A DNA stretch of 64,000 nucleotides from a virus, in the IMG/VR virus record IMGVR_UViG_3300033233_000017, positions 38,727-102,726 of that record; one strand, given 5' to 3'. The position numbers and the translations under genes were made by a program. Position 1 is the first letter of the stretch, and every line of letters begins with the position of its first letter. The notes below the pieces were generated by a model, which did no database searches, was not told where the DNA came from, and saw only the letters and a program-made list of their open reading frames with translations. Below, one piece after another: positions 44,077-55,136 of this stretch.

Positions 44077-47000
44077 TCAGGGTATCGCGGCAATCTGCGT
44101 TTCCCCGGTGGTGATGACGATGCCGTTGACATCGGTGAATTTGAGACGGTAGTACAGAATCCGTTGCGGAAGCGCCGGAATCTTCAGCGTGCATCCCGTT
44201 CCGCAGGACAGTGGGCTCCAAGTTTCGCTAGCCCAGTAAAACGGATTGGTGGTTTGGTCAATCGTCGCGCTATTGGCGATACACGCTTCGGCGCGACTGG
44301 CGCAGGCGAAGGTCGGGGTATACCCGAACTCCGCGTAGACTCCGGTGATAACAGCGGGCAACTGCCCGATCTGAACCGTGTGCGGTTGGAACGTGGAACG
44401 GTTGGTGCTGTCGAACGCGGGCCATCCAGGGTTCTTGAACAGGAACAGCATATTGCGTTCCATCTCCGCGTTCAGATTCAGGCTGTACAGCCAGTTGGCG
44501 TTGGGTAGGCTCTTGGCGGTCCACCCGGACTGCAAACGCGGCCATGTGAAGACTTTCGAGATGGTCCGCGCACGCCGCCCGCTTCGATCCGCGTTCTCCA
44601 CGCCGATCTGGGAGACGTTTGCGAGGTAGGGGCGCGCATCGCCCACGCACAGATCGTTGCGTTCGGTATCTAGAAGCGCCACGCAACTGATATCAGTCAC
44701 ATGCGGAGAACTGACATACAGGGCACCCGGCGTCGAACCCGAGACGCACTCGTTGGCAAGCAGCGCCACGCAGTAGGTGTAGGGCTTAGTGTCGTCGATC
44801 ACCGATCCCGGTCCGCTGATATCAAGCAACGGATGGCGTCCGGAAGCAGCGAAAGTGGGGAACAACTTTCGGTTCATGCCTGCACCCAACACGAGGCGGT
44901 ATACCGTCGTCATTCCCGGAACCAGGGTGGCCGACGTTCCGAAGTTAGTTGGAGAGTCTTCCCCGAACGGGCGCGCATCCAGAGCCCACCGTTTCTCCCG
45001 CTCCGGCGCGGAGAGTTGCGTGATCCCGACATGCGAGAGACTGGCGGTCGTCATGTCGGTCGCAGGCACAGCGAAGGGAGCGTTCGACGACACCGCGTAC
45101 ATCGGGTTGCTGGTGGGAAAGAGATCCGCAGGGGTGCTTCCTTTCCGCACCCGGTAGACCCCGCCCTCCTTCGGATCTGCCGTAAGCGCCCATCCACCGT
45201 TCACCGCTCGCGTCCCGGTGACGGCGCGCGAATCCACGATCACTGTGTTCCCGCTGGTGTTCACGCCATGCGGGTCAGCCGCGTAATTCCAGTACCATTG
45301 GCCGCTGTGGTTCCCGGCGCTGTTGCTGTCGTTCACGTTGGCCGCATCCGGCATCGCCAGTAGATAGTCGCCTGCCAGATGCGTCAACATGGGGTGGTCG
45401 GTCGCGGTTCCGAGTTTGCGCTCCACGGTCCAACTCAGCCCTGCGCGGGCCAGCAGGCGCATAAACTCCCACTGCCCTGCTGTGGAATTGTAAGCCTGGA
45501 AAGTATCTCCGGGCTGTGCGTCCTGGAGGTAGAACGCCGTAGTGGAGTCTCCGCATTTCCCGGAGTTCCGGGTGGTCTCCTGTGCGCTTGGATCTAAATC
45601 GCAGGGCTCGCCATCGACTCCGATGGTGCTGCATTTTCGCAAGTCAGTGGGCCAGTTGTACACATAGGTCAGATTCGAGGGCGGTCCGGGGCATACATCG
45701 CAGCTTGAGCCAATCGTGCAGAGCGCCACGTCGGTGAGCAGTTTGGCCTTGTAGGGTCCGCAACCGGTGTTGGTATTAGCCGCACCAAGCACCCCTCCAC
45801 AGCCAGCGCCCGTGAAATCCTCTCCGCCTCCGCCGACCCAGGTGCCTGCCGAGTTCAGATCGGAGGAATGTGAAGTGCCCCACCGTTTCGGCCACTTCCC
45901 TGTCCAAGTATCCGTGGCCGCAATCACCTGATGTGCCGCGTAATCGTAGACGAACAGCCAGCCTAAACGGTCCTGCGAATTGGCGTAGCTTCCGGCTTGG
46001 CAGGAGAGCAGGAGGTGGCTGGAGTAAGTGCCCCGGCCCACCCCGCAGTTGGTGAAGAAGGCTGGATCGAAGGTCTTGCCGTCGAGCGCGGCGAAGGCGA
46101 TCAACTGCTGCGTCACGTCCACGCCTTCATCGGTGTAAGCGATCAGCGCCGGGTCCGCTCCGGTGGTTCCATCCCAGTTCTGCTGCGAATTTGCTGGATG
46201 TGGCGTGCCGCCGATGTAACTGCCCTTGACTACCCGTACGTGATTCGCGGTGTTCTTGTCCACCGCCAAGCAGTACCACGCGTTCGCGTCCACCGTGCTC
46301 CAGATCGCTGGACCCGCGCCTTGATGCCAGGAGCCGCAATCGGTGAGGTTGTAATTGGCCGTCGACGGAACGCTCATCCGGGAGAGCAATCGGGCTTCCC
46401 CGGTGAGTGCGTTGACCCAGTAGAGCACTCCCGAGATCGCGCAGTGATAGCCGCCGTCAGAGGTCTGGACGCGAGAACAATCCTCCGAGTTCCCCGAGGT
46501 GTCCCAGTAGTAGATCGAGGTTTCCCTCGGAGCGAGACGTATGTAGGTGATGGCGAGGGTGTGCGTAGAACTGGTTTTCTTTCGCACCAGCACCTTGGTC
46601 TGAAGCTTCAGGGTGTACGCGCCATCGGCGGGACCGGATTGCAGGATCAGCGCCGTGGGGTTTACCACCCGCGAGACGCGGTATTGGGTTCCTCCGATCA
46701 GCACTTTGGTCCCGTTGACCCAGGACGGATTAAAATAATTCCCCGACGTGCGGGTCGCCGTAGTGCCGCTGATGGTGACGCTAGTGGAGCGGGTAGCCAG
46801 ATCGTAGTAATCCAGCGTCCGCACCCGCCCGGTCACCGTCCAATCGCCCATCCCTCCGTTGCGCGTGGCTGGAGCCAGCGTGTACGTGGAGTTGGAGGGC
46901 ACCGAAGCCACAGGGACTACCAATTCCACCAACTTCGAACCGCAACCGCCTGTCCTCAGAACGTCCAGGCATATCTCTACCGTGCGGTCGTTTGTGGACG

Positions 47001-47886
47001 CGGTAGCGCAGTTTCCGCTGGTGCAGGCGGACTGCATCTGAATCTCCAGATTGTCGAGACCGTGCGCCGAAGCGCCGGCTCCGGCGAGCGTAGGGTTCTT
47101 GCTAGTCTCGTAGTTCACTTCGAGCCAGTTTTCGCCGCCCGCCTGCCCGCTGCCGGTGTAAGTGGCCGAATTCGCGTCGGAGGTGAGGATGTAGGACGGG
47201 TTATTCCACAGGCCCGGACCGCCCATGTCGGTAGCTGACACCGGAACGACGGGCGTGTACGTGTTCGAGGACTCAGGCGGAGTTGCCGGAATCGCTAACA
47301 GCCCCGTGTTTGGGTCGATGATGCGCTGCGTCGGGACGTTTCCAGCATGTGTCCAGCGCGGCGTGACATCCAGCGTCGGCCACAGTGCCTCTCCGGGGAA
47401 CGCGGCATCTCCGGGGAATGGATCGTTGACCGTGTAGCCTATCGGAACGTTCGTAGTGGTGAACTGCCCCGTGGTGGTGTCCACCCCGCAGGTGATCTGG
47501 AAATAGTGCTGCGTGTTGGCCTGAAGCGCACGACTGTACTTTGCCACACCGTCCGAACTCCACTCTGCCACCCGCTTCCCGACCACCACCATGCGCCGTA
47601 CGCCAGAGTTTACGCTGCTCGTGCGGGCATCGCTATTCGCTCCGGTGAACAGCGCCGCGTTGACGTCATGTATGGGCGCATACGTTCCGCTGAAATCATT
47701 CACCTGCGACACCTTGAGAGTACAGGCGTCGGTGCTTGGCGCGGTGTAGACGATGACGGCTTGCGTAGCTGTCGTTCCGGTCACAGTCAACCCGGTTATC
47801 GCGGCCTGCGCGGTGACCGAGACCGCAAGTAGAGCGGCTTTCCAAATCCAGTACGATGCGTGACTCATGGCGTTATTTTTGCTCAC
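44077..47886 (-). CDS. large secreted Cys-rich beta protein
   Basis: Signal peptide WIWKAALLAVSVTAQA; many paired Cys; the N-domain (GTTATQAVIVYTAP..HDVNAALF.GANSD..YSRALQANTQHYF) recalls secreted proteins of Acidobacteriota (recognised from memory). Confidence 0.6.
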   Translation of the reverse strand: MSKNNAMSHASYWIWKAALLAVSVTAQAAITGLTVTGTTATQAVIVYTAPSTDACTLKVSQVNDFSGTYAPIHDVNAALFTGANSDARTSSVNSGVRRMVVVGKRVAEWSSDGVAKYSRALQANTQHYFQITCGVDTTTGQFTTTNVPIGYTVNDPFPGDAAFPGEALWPTLDVTPRWTHAGNVPTQRIIDPNTGLLAIPATPPESSNTYTPVVPVSATDMGGPGLWNNPSYILTSDANSATYTGSGQAGGENWLEVNYETSKNPTLAGAGASAHGLDNLEIQMQSACTSGNCATASTNDRTVEICLDVLRTGGCGSKLVELVVPVASVPSNSTYTLAPATRNGGMGDWTVTGRVRTLDYYDLATRSTSVTISGTTATRTSGNYFNPSWVNGTKVLIGGTQYRVSRVVNPTALILQSGPADGAYTLKLQTKVLVRKKTSSTHTLAITYIRLAPRETSIYYWDTSGNSEDCSRVQTSDGGYHCAISGVLYWVNALTGEARLLSRMSVPSTANYNLTDCGSWHQGAGPAIWSTVDANAWYCLAVDKNTANHVRVVKGSYIGGTPHPANSQQNWDGTTGADPALIAYTDEGVDVTQQLIAFAALDGKTFDPAFFTNCGVGRGTYSSHLLLSCQAGSYANSQDRLGWLFVYDYAAHQVIAATDTWTGKWPKRWGTSHSSDLNSAGTWVGGGGEDFTGAGCGGVLGAANTNTGCGPYKAKLLTDVALCTIGSSCDVCPGPPSNLTYVYNWPTDLRKCSTIGVDGEPCDLDPSAQETTRNSGKCGDSTTAFYLQDAQPGDTFQAYNSTAGQWEFMRLLARAGLSWTVERKLGTATDHPMLTHLAGDYLLAMPDAANVNDSNSAGNHSGQWYWNYAADPHGVNTSGNTVIVDSRAVTGTRAVNGGWALTADPKEGGVYRVRKGSTPADLFPTSNPMYAVSSNAPFAVPATDMTTASLSHVGITQLSAPEREKRWALDARPFGEDSPTNFGTSATLVPGMTTVYRLVLGAGMNRKLFPTFAASGRHPLLDISGPGSVIDDTKPYTYCVALLANECVSGSTPGALYVSSPHVTDISCVALLDTERNDLCVGDARPYLANVSQIGVENADRSGRRARTISKVFTWPRLQSGWTAKSLPNANWLYSLNLNAEMERNMLFLFKNPGWPAFDSTNRSTFQPHTVQIGQLPAVITGVYAEFGYTPTFACASRAEACIANSATIDQTTNPFYWASETWSPLSCGTGCTLKIPALPQRILYYRLKFTDVNGIVITTGETQIAAIP

Positions 47887-50846
47887 TGTAACCTCGCCCC
47901 ACTCAGGTTGAATCCACTGATCCGCGCCGCAGGCTGCGGGGGCAACGCCGCGAGAGCGATCCCGATGGTCTGCGGAGAATTAACTACGCCTGTTGTTGTG
48001 GAGGCAACCGATACGGTATCCGTGTAGTTTCCCGCCGTGAGGCCGGTGCAGTCTGCCGTGGCGGTCAGTGAGGTGGCCGCTGAACCAGACGTCGGACTGA
48101 TCGTCAGCCACGCCGCATTTTTGGTCACCGTGAAGTTGTCCAGTGCCCCGCCCGTAGAGGACAGGGAAACACTCTGCGAGGCGGTCGCGCCGCTCCCCGC
48201 TTGGCAGGAAAAGCTCAGGATCGGAGGCGAGAGATTCAGCGAGATCGACAGCGGGGTAACTCCCGAATTATCGAACTCCAGAATCCCCGCGTTGGTCGCG
48301 GTCAGTGTTGCAGATCCGGTGGTGTCAATGGTGACTGTTCCGCCCGCGATAGTCACCCCATAGCTCGCATTTGGGGCCAATCCTGCAATGTAGTGGTGCG
48401 GGGTCCCGGTGTAGGTGTACGTCATCGGGAGAACGGGCGTCTCTGCTTTGGCAAAGGCCACCACACCGAGCCCTGCGACCTGGGCCGCGTCGATATTCGA
48501 CGTCGTGGACGGAGTTACCGCAGCGACCAGTTCTGGGGTTGCCGACGTGTCGATCACCGCCAGATAGTTATCCGCCGTGTGGTCAAAAGCGTTCGGTCGC
48601 ACCTGCACCTGATACAAGGGCAGGTTTGTAGTATTGCACAAGGAATCGTAATTCGACCCGATCTTCTGCGCAATCGCCGCCAAGTGGTTAACTGGCAACA
48701 CCGTGGTCAGAGCACCCTTGAACACGCCTCCGTCAGCGATGTCCAAGCGATGCAGCCCGGTTGCTGGAGGTGTCACCTCGGTAGGGGTTTTTCCGAATTG
48801 CCACATCATCTGGCGATAGTCGTCAGCGTAATAAGTGTTCGTGATGTCATGGACGACGATCACCTTCGGACGCAGGAACATCACCTGCCGAGTCCATTTA
48901 TTTACGTGTACCTTGCTGTCCACTGTGCTTGCTATATAGGACTTCTCCAGGGACACGGCTCGGTAATAAGCATATGCGGAAACTGACTCTTCTGCTCGAT
49001 CTATCTTAGTCGGATGCGTAGTCACATCTGCAAAGTGACCAGGATCACGAGTCGCGCCGTATCCTTGTACCTTCAACCCTCCAGGACGATCCGCGAAAAA
49101 TACAGATTCCTTGGAATTTGTGTAGTTTAGCCTCTCGTTGTGCAGTGAGCTGTGACAACCGCTACCAATGACTGAGTAATTTCTCGCGGACTCACCAAGC
49201 CCATGCACGAGTATATGCGTGTCCCCCCTCTGCACGGTGATGGAGCCGCCATCGAATTGCGTCTTTCCGTTCGCTCCTTGCCCAATCATCGGCCCGCTCC
49301 AGAACGTCACGTAAGTAGCGTCCGAGTCCCAACTTGATCGTGCCACTGCGTAGTTCCCGCCAAGCGTACCGGTCCCACCAAAAAGACGAGAGGCCAACGG
49401 ACCAGTGGTATAGGCGGACGTGGAAGCATCGGGGTTGTAGTAAAGAAAATCCATCGCCACTTCTGGCTTTGATCCCGTATAGGGGTCATCCCATATAGGT
49501 GTTTTCCCTGAAGTGGCCCAAGCCAGCAACCCGGTTTTCGCGGAGTCGTAAAGATTCGCCAGTTTGGACGACTTGGGGTGGCTCAACCTTTCTGCCACGT
49601 AACGGGCGAAAACGAGGTTCCCAAGATAGAAAAATTCAGGTTCGTCGTACCCCCTTGTCACATACTGAAAATCCGGGAATGCAATCCCGTTTGGAGTGAT
49701 CGACCGAAGGTACGCTTCGACCGCATCCCCTATGGGATCAAGCCCGGAGGTTCTCCAGTCCACGCCCCGCAAAAAGAAGGCGTATTGAGATTGCATCAGC
49801 GCGTAAAGTGCATTCGATCCATATGCGTTCCAAGCCTCTCCGCTTCCTCCGGCCACATTCCAGCAGTTTCGATAATCCCGTAGTTTGTTCACGCCAAACA
49901 CGCGGGCATTGATTACTCCGAGCCACTCCGAAGACCTGGAATTCTCATCTGTCGTGGAAAGGTATGTGCTCACGAACGCGTTGAGTTCTCCCGCAAAGTA
50001 ATTGGAGTCTGGGTGCTGGTGATTCGATATAGCCAGATTCCAATGTCGGATATCTTCATCCAGCCACCGATTTAGAACCGCTATCATTGCCGTCCGTTCG
50101 TCCGCCGTCCACTCGTCATAGAACCAGTCATACAAGATCGACATGGACTTAGGATAAAAGCGTTCCGCGAAACAGTCGTCGTTCTGGATGTTGAGGTTAT
50201 AATTAACGCAGTCAGCGTTATAGGTGGGCGCTTCAGCGGCGGTGATGTATCCCACTGACTGGCTATAAGCCGCAACGGTCCATGTACCATTGATCGACGT
50301 ACACCCCCTCGCCCCGGTGACCACCATCGTGTCCCCAACAATAACGTCTGCGTATTGGGTCCAGAGCTTCATGACGTTGCCCGTCGTGCCCCAGTTCTTC
50401 GCGCCATTGGACGGCACGGCGGCATACACATTCCCCCTCACCGTCACCCAGACAGGGGGATCGTCCATAGCTAGACGGATGAATTTAGCCTTCTCGAAAT
50501 ACGTGTGAGCGGTCGCAGGATCGGTCGGATGCAAGACCTGATAGCAGGTCGCCAGTTGCCTCACGCTCTTTTCGAACCATCCCCCCGCATAATCCGGGAT
50601 AATTGGGCTCGAATTGTCTGCGCCGGAGCCCGGAACCATTGTCCCGCTGGTGTCACCAACGGGGTTCGGGAACCGCACAGCTTTACCCAAGTTCGCATCG
50701 CACGCCGCCTTGAGCGCCACCCAATCTGCGGTGTTCGAAGTGGCTTTCGCGCGCAACGCCGCGAGTTGCGTCGAATCTATCAAAAACTGCGGATGCGCGG
50801 CCCACAGGGGAAGCGCAAGGATGACGAAGCAGATCAGTTTTCGCAT
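47883..50846 (-). CDS. secreted heparinase II/III- or alginate-lyase-like protein with a C-terminal BACON/Ig-like domain
   Basis: Signal MRKLICFVILALPLWA; HPQFL, YDWFYD, SNYF, E..NAYG, ARSSWD.DAT, WTRQVMFLRP..IVVHD; C-terminal WLTISPTSG..GNYTDTVSV..NSPQTI. Confidence 0.7.
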   Translation of the reverse strand: MRKLICFVILALPLWAAHPQFLIDSTQLAALRAKATSNTADWVALKAACDANLGKAVRFPNPVGDTSGTMVPGSGADNSSPIIPDYAGGWFEKSVRQLATCYQVLHPTDPATAHTYFEKAKFIRLAMDDPPVWVTVRGNVYAAVPSNGAKNWGTTGNVMKLWTQYADVIVGDTMVVTGARGCTSINGTWTVAAYSQSVGYITAAEAPTYNADCVNYNLNIQNDDCFAERFYPKSMSILYDWFYDEWTADERTAMIAVLNRWLDEDIRHWNLAISNHQHPDSNYFAGELNAFVSTYLSTTDENSRSSEWLGVINARVFGVNKLRDYRNCWNVAGGSGEAWNAYGSNALYALMQSQYAFFLRGVDWRTSGLDPIGDAVEAYLRSITPNGIAFPDFQYVTRGYDEPEFFYLGNLVFARYVAERLSHPKSSKLANLYDSAKTGLLAWATSGKTPIWDDPYTGSKPEVAMDFLYYNPDASTSAYTTGPLASRLFGGTGTLGGNYAVARSSWDSDATYVTFWSGPMIGQGANGKTQFDGGSITVQRGDTHILVHGLGESARNYSVIGSGCHSSLHNERLNYTNSKESVFFADRPGGLKVQGYGATRDPGHFADVTTHPTKIDRAEESVSAYAYYRAVSLEKSYIASTVDSKVHVNKWTRQVMFLRPKVIVVHDITNTYYADDYRQMMWQFGKTPTEVTPPATGLHRLDIADGGVFKGALTTVLPVNHLAAIAQKIGSNYDSLCNTTNLPLYQVQVRPNAFDHTADNYLAVIDTSATPELVAAVTPSTTSNIDAAQVAGLGVVAFAKAETPVLPMTYTYTGTPHHYIAGLAPNASYGVTIAGGTVTIDTTGSATLTATNAGILEFDNSGVTPLSISLNLSPPILSFSCQAGSGATASQSVSLSSTGGALDNFTVTKNAAWLTISPTSGSAATSLTATADCTGLTAGNYTDTVSVASTTTGVVNSPQTIGIALAALPPQPAARISGFNLSGARLQ

Positions 50847-50849
50847 GGT

Positions 50850-53800
50850 CTATCTATCAGCCTCCGCATACAGGAAGGAGATGTGCAGGTTCTTCGCGAC
50901 CGCTTCCAGGGTCCGCGTCACAGCCAGAAGGTACATATTCACATCCGCCTTTGGGCGCGTTGTGAGCCCTGAGCAGACCTGAGAGCCATTGATCCAGAAG
51001 GTTGTCGTTCCCGCCGTATCGTTGTTGATGATCTCAAACTGCGTAGGGACCGCCGCAACCGCCACCCCGCTATCTGCTCCCGCTTGCGCAGCAGGCGCGG
51101 AAGTCTTCGCGGCGATGCACTGCCAGTTCGTATCGACTCCCGCTGTGTAGCGGAAACCCATGTAATCCTGTCCTGTTGGTAGATCGTAGGCGGTCTGAGC
51201 CGCGTTGGACCCGGTCGTGAACCCGATAAACGTGCGAGCCGTCCCTGTAAGCTCTACGGGGTTCGCAAGCGCTTGCCCTCTGAGATTTCGACCAGTTCGA
51301 TAGAGGGCCGCTGTCACCAGTACCGATGCAGAATCCGTAGTAGCTGCGCTTAGGATGTTCGCAGTTGGCCCGTTCGTGGCGTCTACAGCGACCGCCGATA
51401 CGGTCCCGGTAGCTGGGCTGCCTGTCCCGCTCCCAACCTGCGTCCAGGTAGTGCCAGACCCGAAGTACATAATATAGGACCATCGCGCGGTTAGCAGTCG
51501 CGGAATCCCGGAGCCAGAACCTCCGCTATCCGCCGTACACGTCACAGTTGAGTCCTCGCCGATGGTGCTAACATGCTGGCCCGCGCCGCAGGTCTTCGCC
51601 TGCACCTTCCCGCCGGCGCTCACGGTCGGATTAGGGAGGTCGGTGGAGGCAATCGCGCCACCTGGAGCGTAGTAGTCTGTCCCGGCTGATGCCGCAGCGG
51701 TCGTGTTCGCGGCGGTGCGTTTGACGATGCCATTCGCGCCGGGGTCAATCAGCCCCTCGATATCCGTCTTGGCAGTCGCGGTGACCTTTTTGAGAACTCC
51801 CGCTTCGTAGCAGAGCGCCGCATCGTAGCCCGTGTCGGGCGCAGCGGGACAGGTTCCCTGAATGAGTTGAAAATTCAAAGGGCCACCTAGCCCCGCTTCT
51901 ATGGAGGTGGCCTTGAGTTTGTGTGTCCCGAGGTCTACATCCGTCGTTGCTCCCGTGTACGGAACCCCTGTAGCTGCTGGCAGGTAACTGGCGGAGATCA
52001 GGCCGTCCGTTTCCAACGGCGCGTAACCCGAGGGCTGGCCTTTGTTGACCGTCGCCTCCGCGCCGATCTGCGAGGGGGTGAGCGCATCGGATTGCGCTGT
52101 GGCATGTGAGGCGGCGTGGGCGGTAGGAGTGCGAGGGTTGGTCATGCGCGAGTCATCACCAGCGGCGACCGTCCCCGCGATGGTGCCGACGTTGAGCAGT
52201 GCCGCGCCTCCGAGCCCCGTTACTTTGGAGTTCGCAATTGCCGTAAGCCAGGAAGGGTTACTATAACTTCCCCCACTACGCAAGATGGTGGCGTCCACAG
52301 GCTCCGCTCCAATCGCAGCCGGGGTGAGCGGATCACTCCCGCCCGTCGCGTGCTGTGGGGCGTGCAGGCCCACGGGAGCCGCAATCGTGTCCGATCCATC
52401 CGCGTTCTTGGTAATGGTGACGTTGGTGCCTGCGATCAGCGTCTTGGTCGATCCGCTGACGTATGTGCGCGTACATGGGTCCACCCAGTTGTCGGCGCTC
52501 ACGCTGCATTGCGCGACCGGGATGGTATCGAACGGATATCCGGTTACGGAACCGTCTGTGGCGATATTCTCCAGCGTCCCGGCGCTGGTCACCCCGCTGC
52601 CCAAGCCCGCCGTTAGCCCTCCTGTGAGCGTCAAGTAGAAGTACACCGTACCGGTTCCGGCAGGACTCGTGGCGGTGCCCACCTGGGTGCTCATGGTGGC
52701 TGTGTGTCCAAAGCGGTACGATCCGCTGGAGATCGAAAGCACGTCGGTGCCGGTGTTTACGGTGGCAGTGAAGTCGGTGCTTCCTCCGCCCGCTCCCGCT
52801 ACGGTGATATTGACCTGATCGTTTCCAGCGTCATCGACAATGGTGCCTGCCGAAAAGTTCAGACGCTTGCGGGTTCCGATGAGCGTTCCGGCGAGCGCGA
52901 TTTCAACTTTCTGCGTGGTGGTGTTGGCCGCAACCGTCAGCGTTCTATTCGCGCTGAGATCGCCACCCCCTGTCAATCCGGTTCCGGCGATGATCTGGCG
53001 CGTCGTGCCCACTTTCCCGTTGAACAGGCTCCAGTCCGTGGAACTGAGTGCGCCGCGCGTCGTCGCGCTGGCGTTAGGCAGGTTGAAGGTGTGCGTGTTC
53101 ACCGAGGAGACGATGTTGAAATCCGCGCCCGTGGTTCCGGTAGCGAAACCTTGCGTCGGGCCGGTCTGCCCTCCTAATGTCGAGATACCGCCGCTCGCTC
53201 CCGTGAAGTCAATATTGATGCGGTCATTCGTAGGATCGTCGGACACCGACGCGCCCGCGCCGAAGTTCACCTGAGAACGCGTGCCCATGAGTGTTCCGTT
53301 CAGCAGCACGTTGACTTTCTGGCGCGTCGTGTTCGTCACCACACTCAAAGTTCGGTCCAGGCTGAGATCGCCTCCGCCTGTGAGTGTAGAATCGGTGAAG
53401 ATCGACCGCGTGGCCGGGACTTTGCTGTTGAACGTTGTCCAGTCCGTGGAAGTCAGCAGACCGCGCGCATCTGCCGCCGCACTCGGGAAATTAAACGTAT
53501 GCAGTGCTCCGGAAGACACGATACTGGGAGCCTGTCCTGTGGTGCCAAGGGAAAACGTCTGCGTAGCCGTCGTCAGTCCGTTGATACTGGAGACTCCTCC
53601 ACCGACCGTTCCGGAGCCGCTGAGACTTCCGACGTAGAAGTCCTTGGTCGCGGAATAATTGATGACCGGAACGCCCGTGACGGTGAACTTCACGTAGGCG
53701 TGGTAACCGAACCCGGAGCCAACGCATGAGGCCGAATTGTTATCGACGTAGGCGGTGCTTCCGAAATCCGTCCAAGGTCCGGCGCTCGATTCCGACCAGG

Positions 53801-54017
53801 ACATCTGAGCGGTCCAGGAGCCTGTACCCACGGCGCAGAACGAGTGATAGTTGTTCTGCCGGAGAAGCGCACTGCGGTTGTCGATCAGCGTCGTTCCCAC
53901 GTTGTACAGGCGCGTGACGCGCAACGGCTGTGGCACGGTTTGACCGTTCGCGGTGGTGGTTAAGAGCAGGCCCACGATCAGGGCGCAGATCCACGAGAGG
54001 ATACGCTGCATCGACAA
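50850..54017 (-). CDS. signal-peptide-bearing tail-fibre-like protein (ATG at 54011 is the likelier start)
   Basis: MQRILSWICALIVGLLLTTTANG; two ~135-aa repeats (RG.L.STDW..FN.K, LTGGGDLS..RTL); HAxxHA knots; AAGDDSR; VPYTGATTDVDLG. Confidence 0.7.
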   Translation of the reverse strand: MSMQRILSWICALIVGLLLTTTANGQTVPQPLRVTRLYNVGTTLIDNRSALLRQNNYHSFCAVGTGSWTAQMSWSESSAGPWTDFGSTAYVDNNSASCVGSGFGYHAYVKFTVTGVPVINYSATKDFYVGSLSGSGTVGGGVSSINGLTTATQTFSLGTTGQAPSIVSSGALHTFNFPSAAADARGLLTSTDWTTFNSKVPATRSIFTDSTLTGGGDLSLDRTLSVVTNTTRQKVNVLLNGTLMGTRSQVNFGAGASVSDDPTNDRINIDFTGASGGISTLGGQTGPTQGFATGTTGADFNIVSSVNTHTFNLPNASATTRGALSSTDWSLFNGKVGTTRQIIAGTGLTGGGDLSANRTLTVAANTTTQKVEIALAGTLIGTRKRLNFSAGTIVDDAGNDQVNITVAGAGGGSTDFTATVNTGTDVLSISSGSYRFGHTATMSTQVGTATSPAGTGTVYFYLTLTGGLTAGLGSGVTSAGTLENIATDGSVTGYPFDTIPVAQCSVSADNWVDPCTRTYVSGSTKTLIAGTNVTITKNADGSDTIAAPVGLHAPQHATGGSDPLTPAAIGAEPVDATILRSGGSYSNPSWLTAIANSKVTGLGGAALLNVGTIAGTVAAGDDSRMTNPRTPTAHAASHATAQSDALTPSQIGAEATVNKGQPSGYAPLETDGLISASYLPAATGVPYTGATTDVDLGTHKLKATSIEAGLGGPLNFQLIQGTCPAAPDTGYDAALCYEAGVLKKVTATAKTDIEGLIDPGANGIVKRTAANTTAAASAGTDYYAPGGAIASTDLPNPTVSAGGKVQAKTCGAGQHVSTIGEDSTVTCTADSGGSGSGIPRLLTARWSYIMYFGSGTTWTQVGSGTGSPATGTVSAVAVDATNGPTANILSAATTDSASVLVTAALYRTGRNLRGQALANPVELTGTARTFIGFTTGSNAAQTAYDLPTGQDYMGFRYTAGVDTNWQCIAAKTSAPAAQAGADSGVAVAAVPTQFEIINNDTAGTTTFWINGSQVCSGLTTRPKADVNMYLLAVTRTLEAVAKNLHISFLYAEADR

Positions 54018-54133
54018 AGACCTCCAGGACGTCCCGCGTCCTGGTTCAATTTTAAGGTCTTATCCCAATGCTTACAATGATTTATGTGATTAACTTAATG
54101 TAATACTTTAAGTTTGCGCGCATACGAATCGGA

Positions 54134-55132
54134 TCACGTATTCCATGTATTCCAAACCCATCGCTTCCAATTATGTTTCGCGGAGGGAGGGTTCGCGCCT
54201 GCCGCACCGCCGCTCTGAGCGCCGCCCGATCCCAAGTAGGAGTAGGTTGCCACTTGCCCCACGAAACTCGTGATCGCCGCACCTCCGTTTTGCGCTCCAC
54301 CGCTGGCGTAAACTGCGTGCGTGACGTTGCGAGTAGCGGAGCCTCCGCTTTGCGCTCCGCCCGATCCGGACACCGTTTTGGTCGCCGCGAGAGGAGCGCT
54401 CCCGCCTGCCTGGGCTCCGCCCGTGCCGGCGTACGTAAAGATCTGGGAGTTGGTGACCAATTGCGTCGTTGCGCTCCCGCCCGCCTGGGCTCCGCCCGAC
54501 GCGATGCAGGCGAATAAATGCAGCACCATCGCCGCTGCCGCGCCCGCTGCAACCGCGCCTCCGGAGCCGGAGTAGGTATAGGTGTTGAGAGCGGGGCTGT
54601 ACGTGATGACAATTGAGACTTCATCATCGTAGATGCTAACCGCATTCGAGGTGCTGCTGCTACTCGTTGCCAGAGCGTTGGCAAGGCGCAACTTGACCGA
54701 TGTATTGCTGGCCTGCATTGCGGAGGGGACCGACTGGTCCGCAAGCGCGGACACATCAACCCACCCGCTGTCGGTTGCGGTAACGGTGCGGCCTGCCCAC
54801 AGGGAGGCTTGCTGCGTTCCTCCAGAATCTCGCAGCGTATAGGGTCCGATACTGGAAGAGGCTCCGCCAGTGTACTCCATGCAGCGGGTAGAGGCCGCGT
54901 TGACTCGGATCGCGGTTACGGTTGCTCCCGCTGGGACCCCAAGCGCTTCCCAGGTTCCGGTCCACTCCCAATAATTGGAGTTGCTCTTGGTTTTTCCGAG
55001 AATGCGCGACTTCAGGGAGCCGAGCGGATTCCCGGCAGCCCCATTCCAAGCCAGGGTAGACGCTGCTCCAGCGGAACCGCTGAAACTCTCGGCCCCCGCC
55101 AGGAACGAGAATGTCTTGGTGATAGTAGCCAC
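54134..55132 (-). CDS. virion-associated protein with six [ST]GGA..[AG]G.A repeats
   Basis: Beta-rich N-domain, repeats such as SGGAQAGGSA, Trp-rich C-terminus. Confidence 0.55.
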   Translation of the reverse strand: MATITKTFSFLAGAESFSGSAGAASTLAWNGAAGNPLGSLKSRILGKTKSNSNYWEWTGTWEALGVPAGATVTAIRVNAASTRCMEYTGGASSSIGPYTLRDSGGTQQASLWAGRTVTATDSGWVDVSALADQSVPSAMQASNTSVKLRLANALATSSSSTSNAVSIYDDEVSIVITYSPALNTYTYSGSGGAVAAGAAAAMVLHLFACIASGGAQAGGSATTQLVTNSQIFTYAGTGGAQAGGSAPLAATKTVSGSGGAQSGGSATRNVTHAVYASGGAQNGGAAITSFVGQVATYSYLGSGGAQSGGAAGANPPSAKHNWKRWVWNTWNT

Positions 55133-55136
55133 TGCC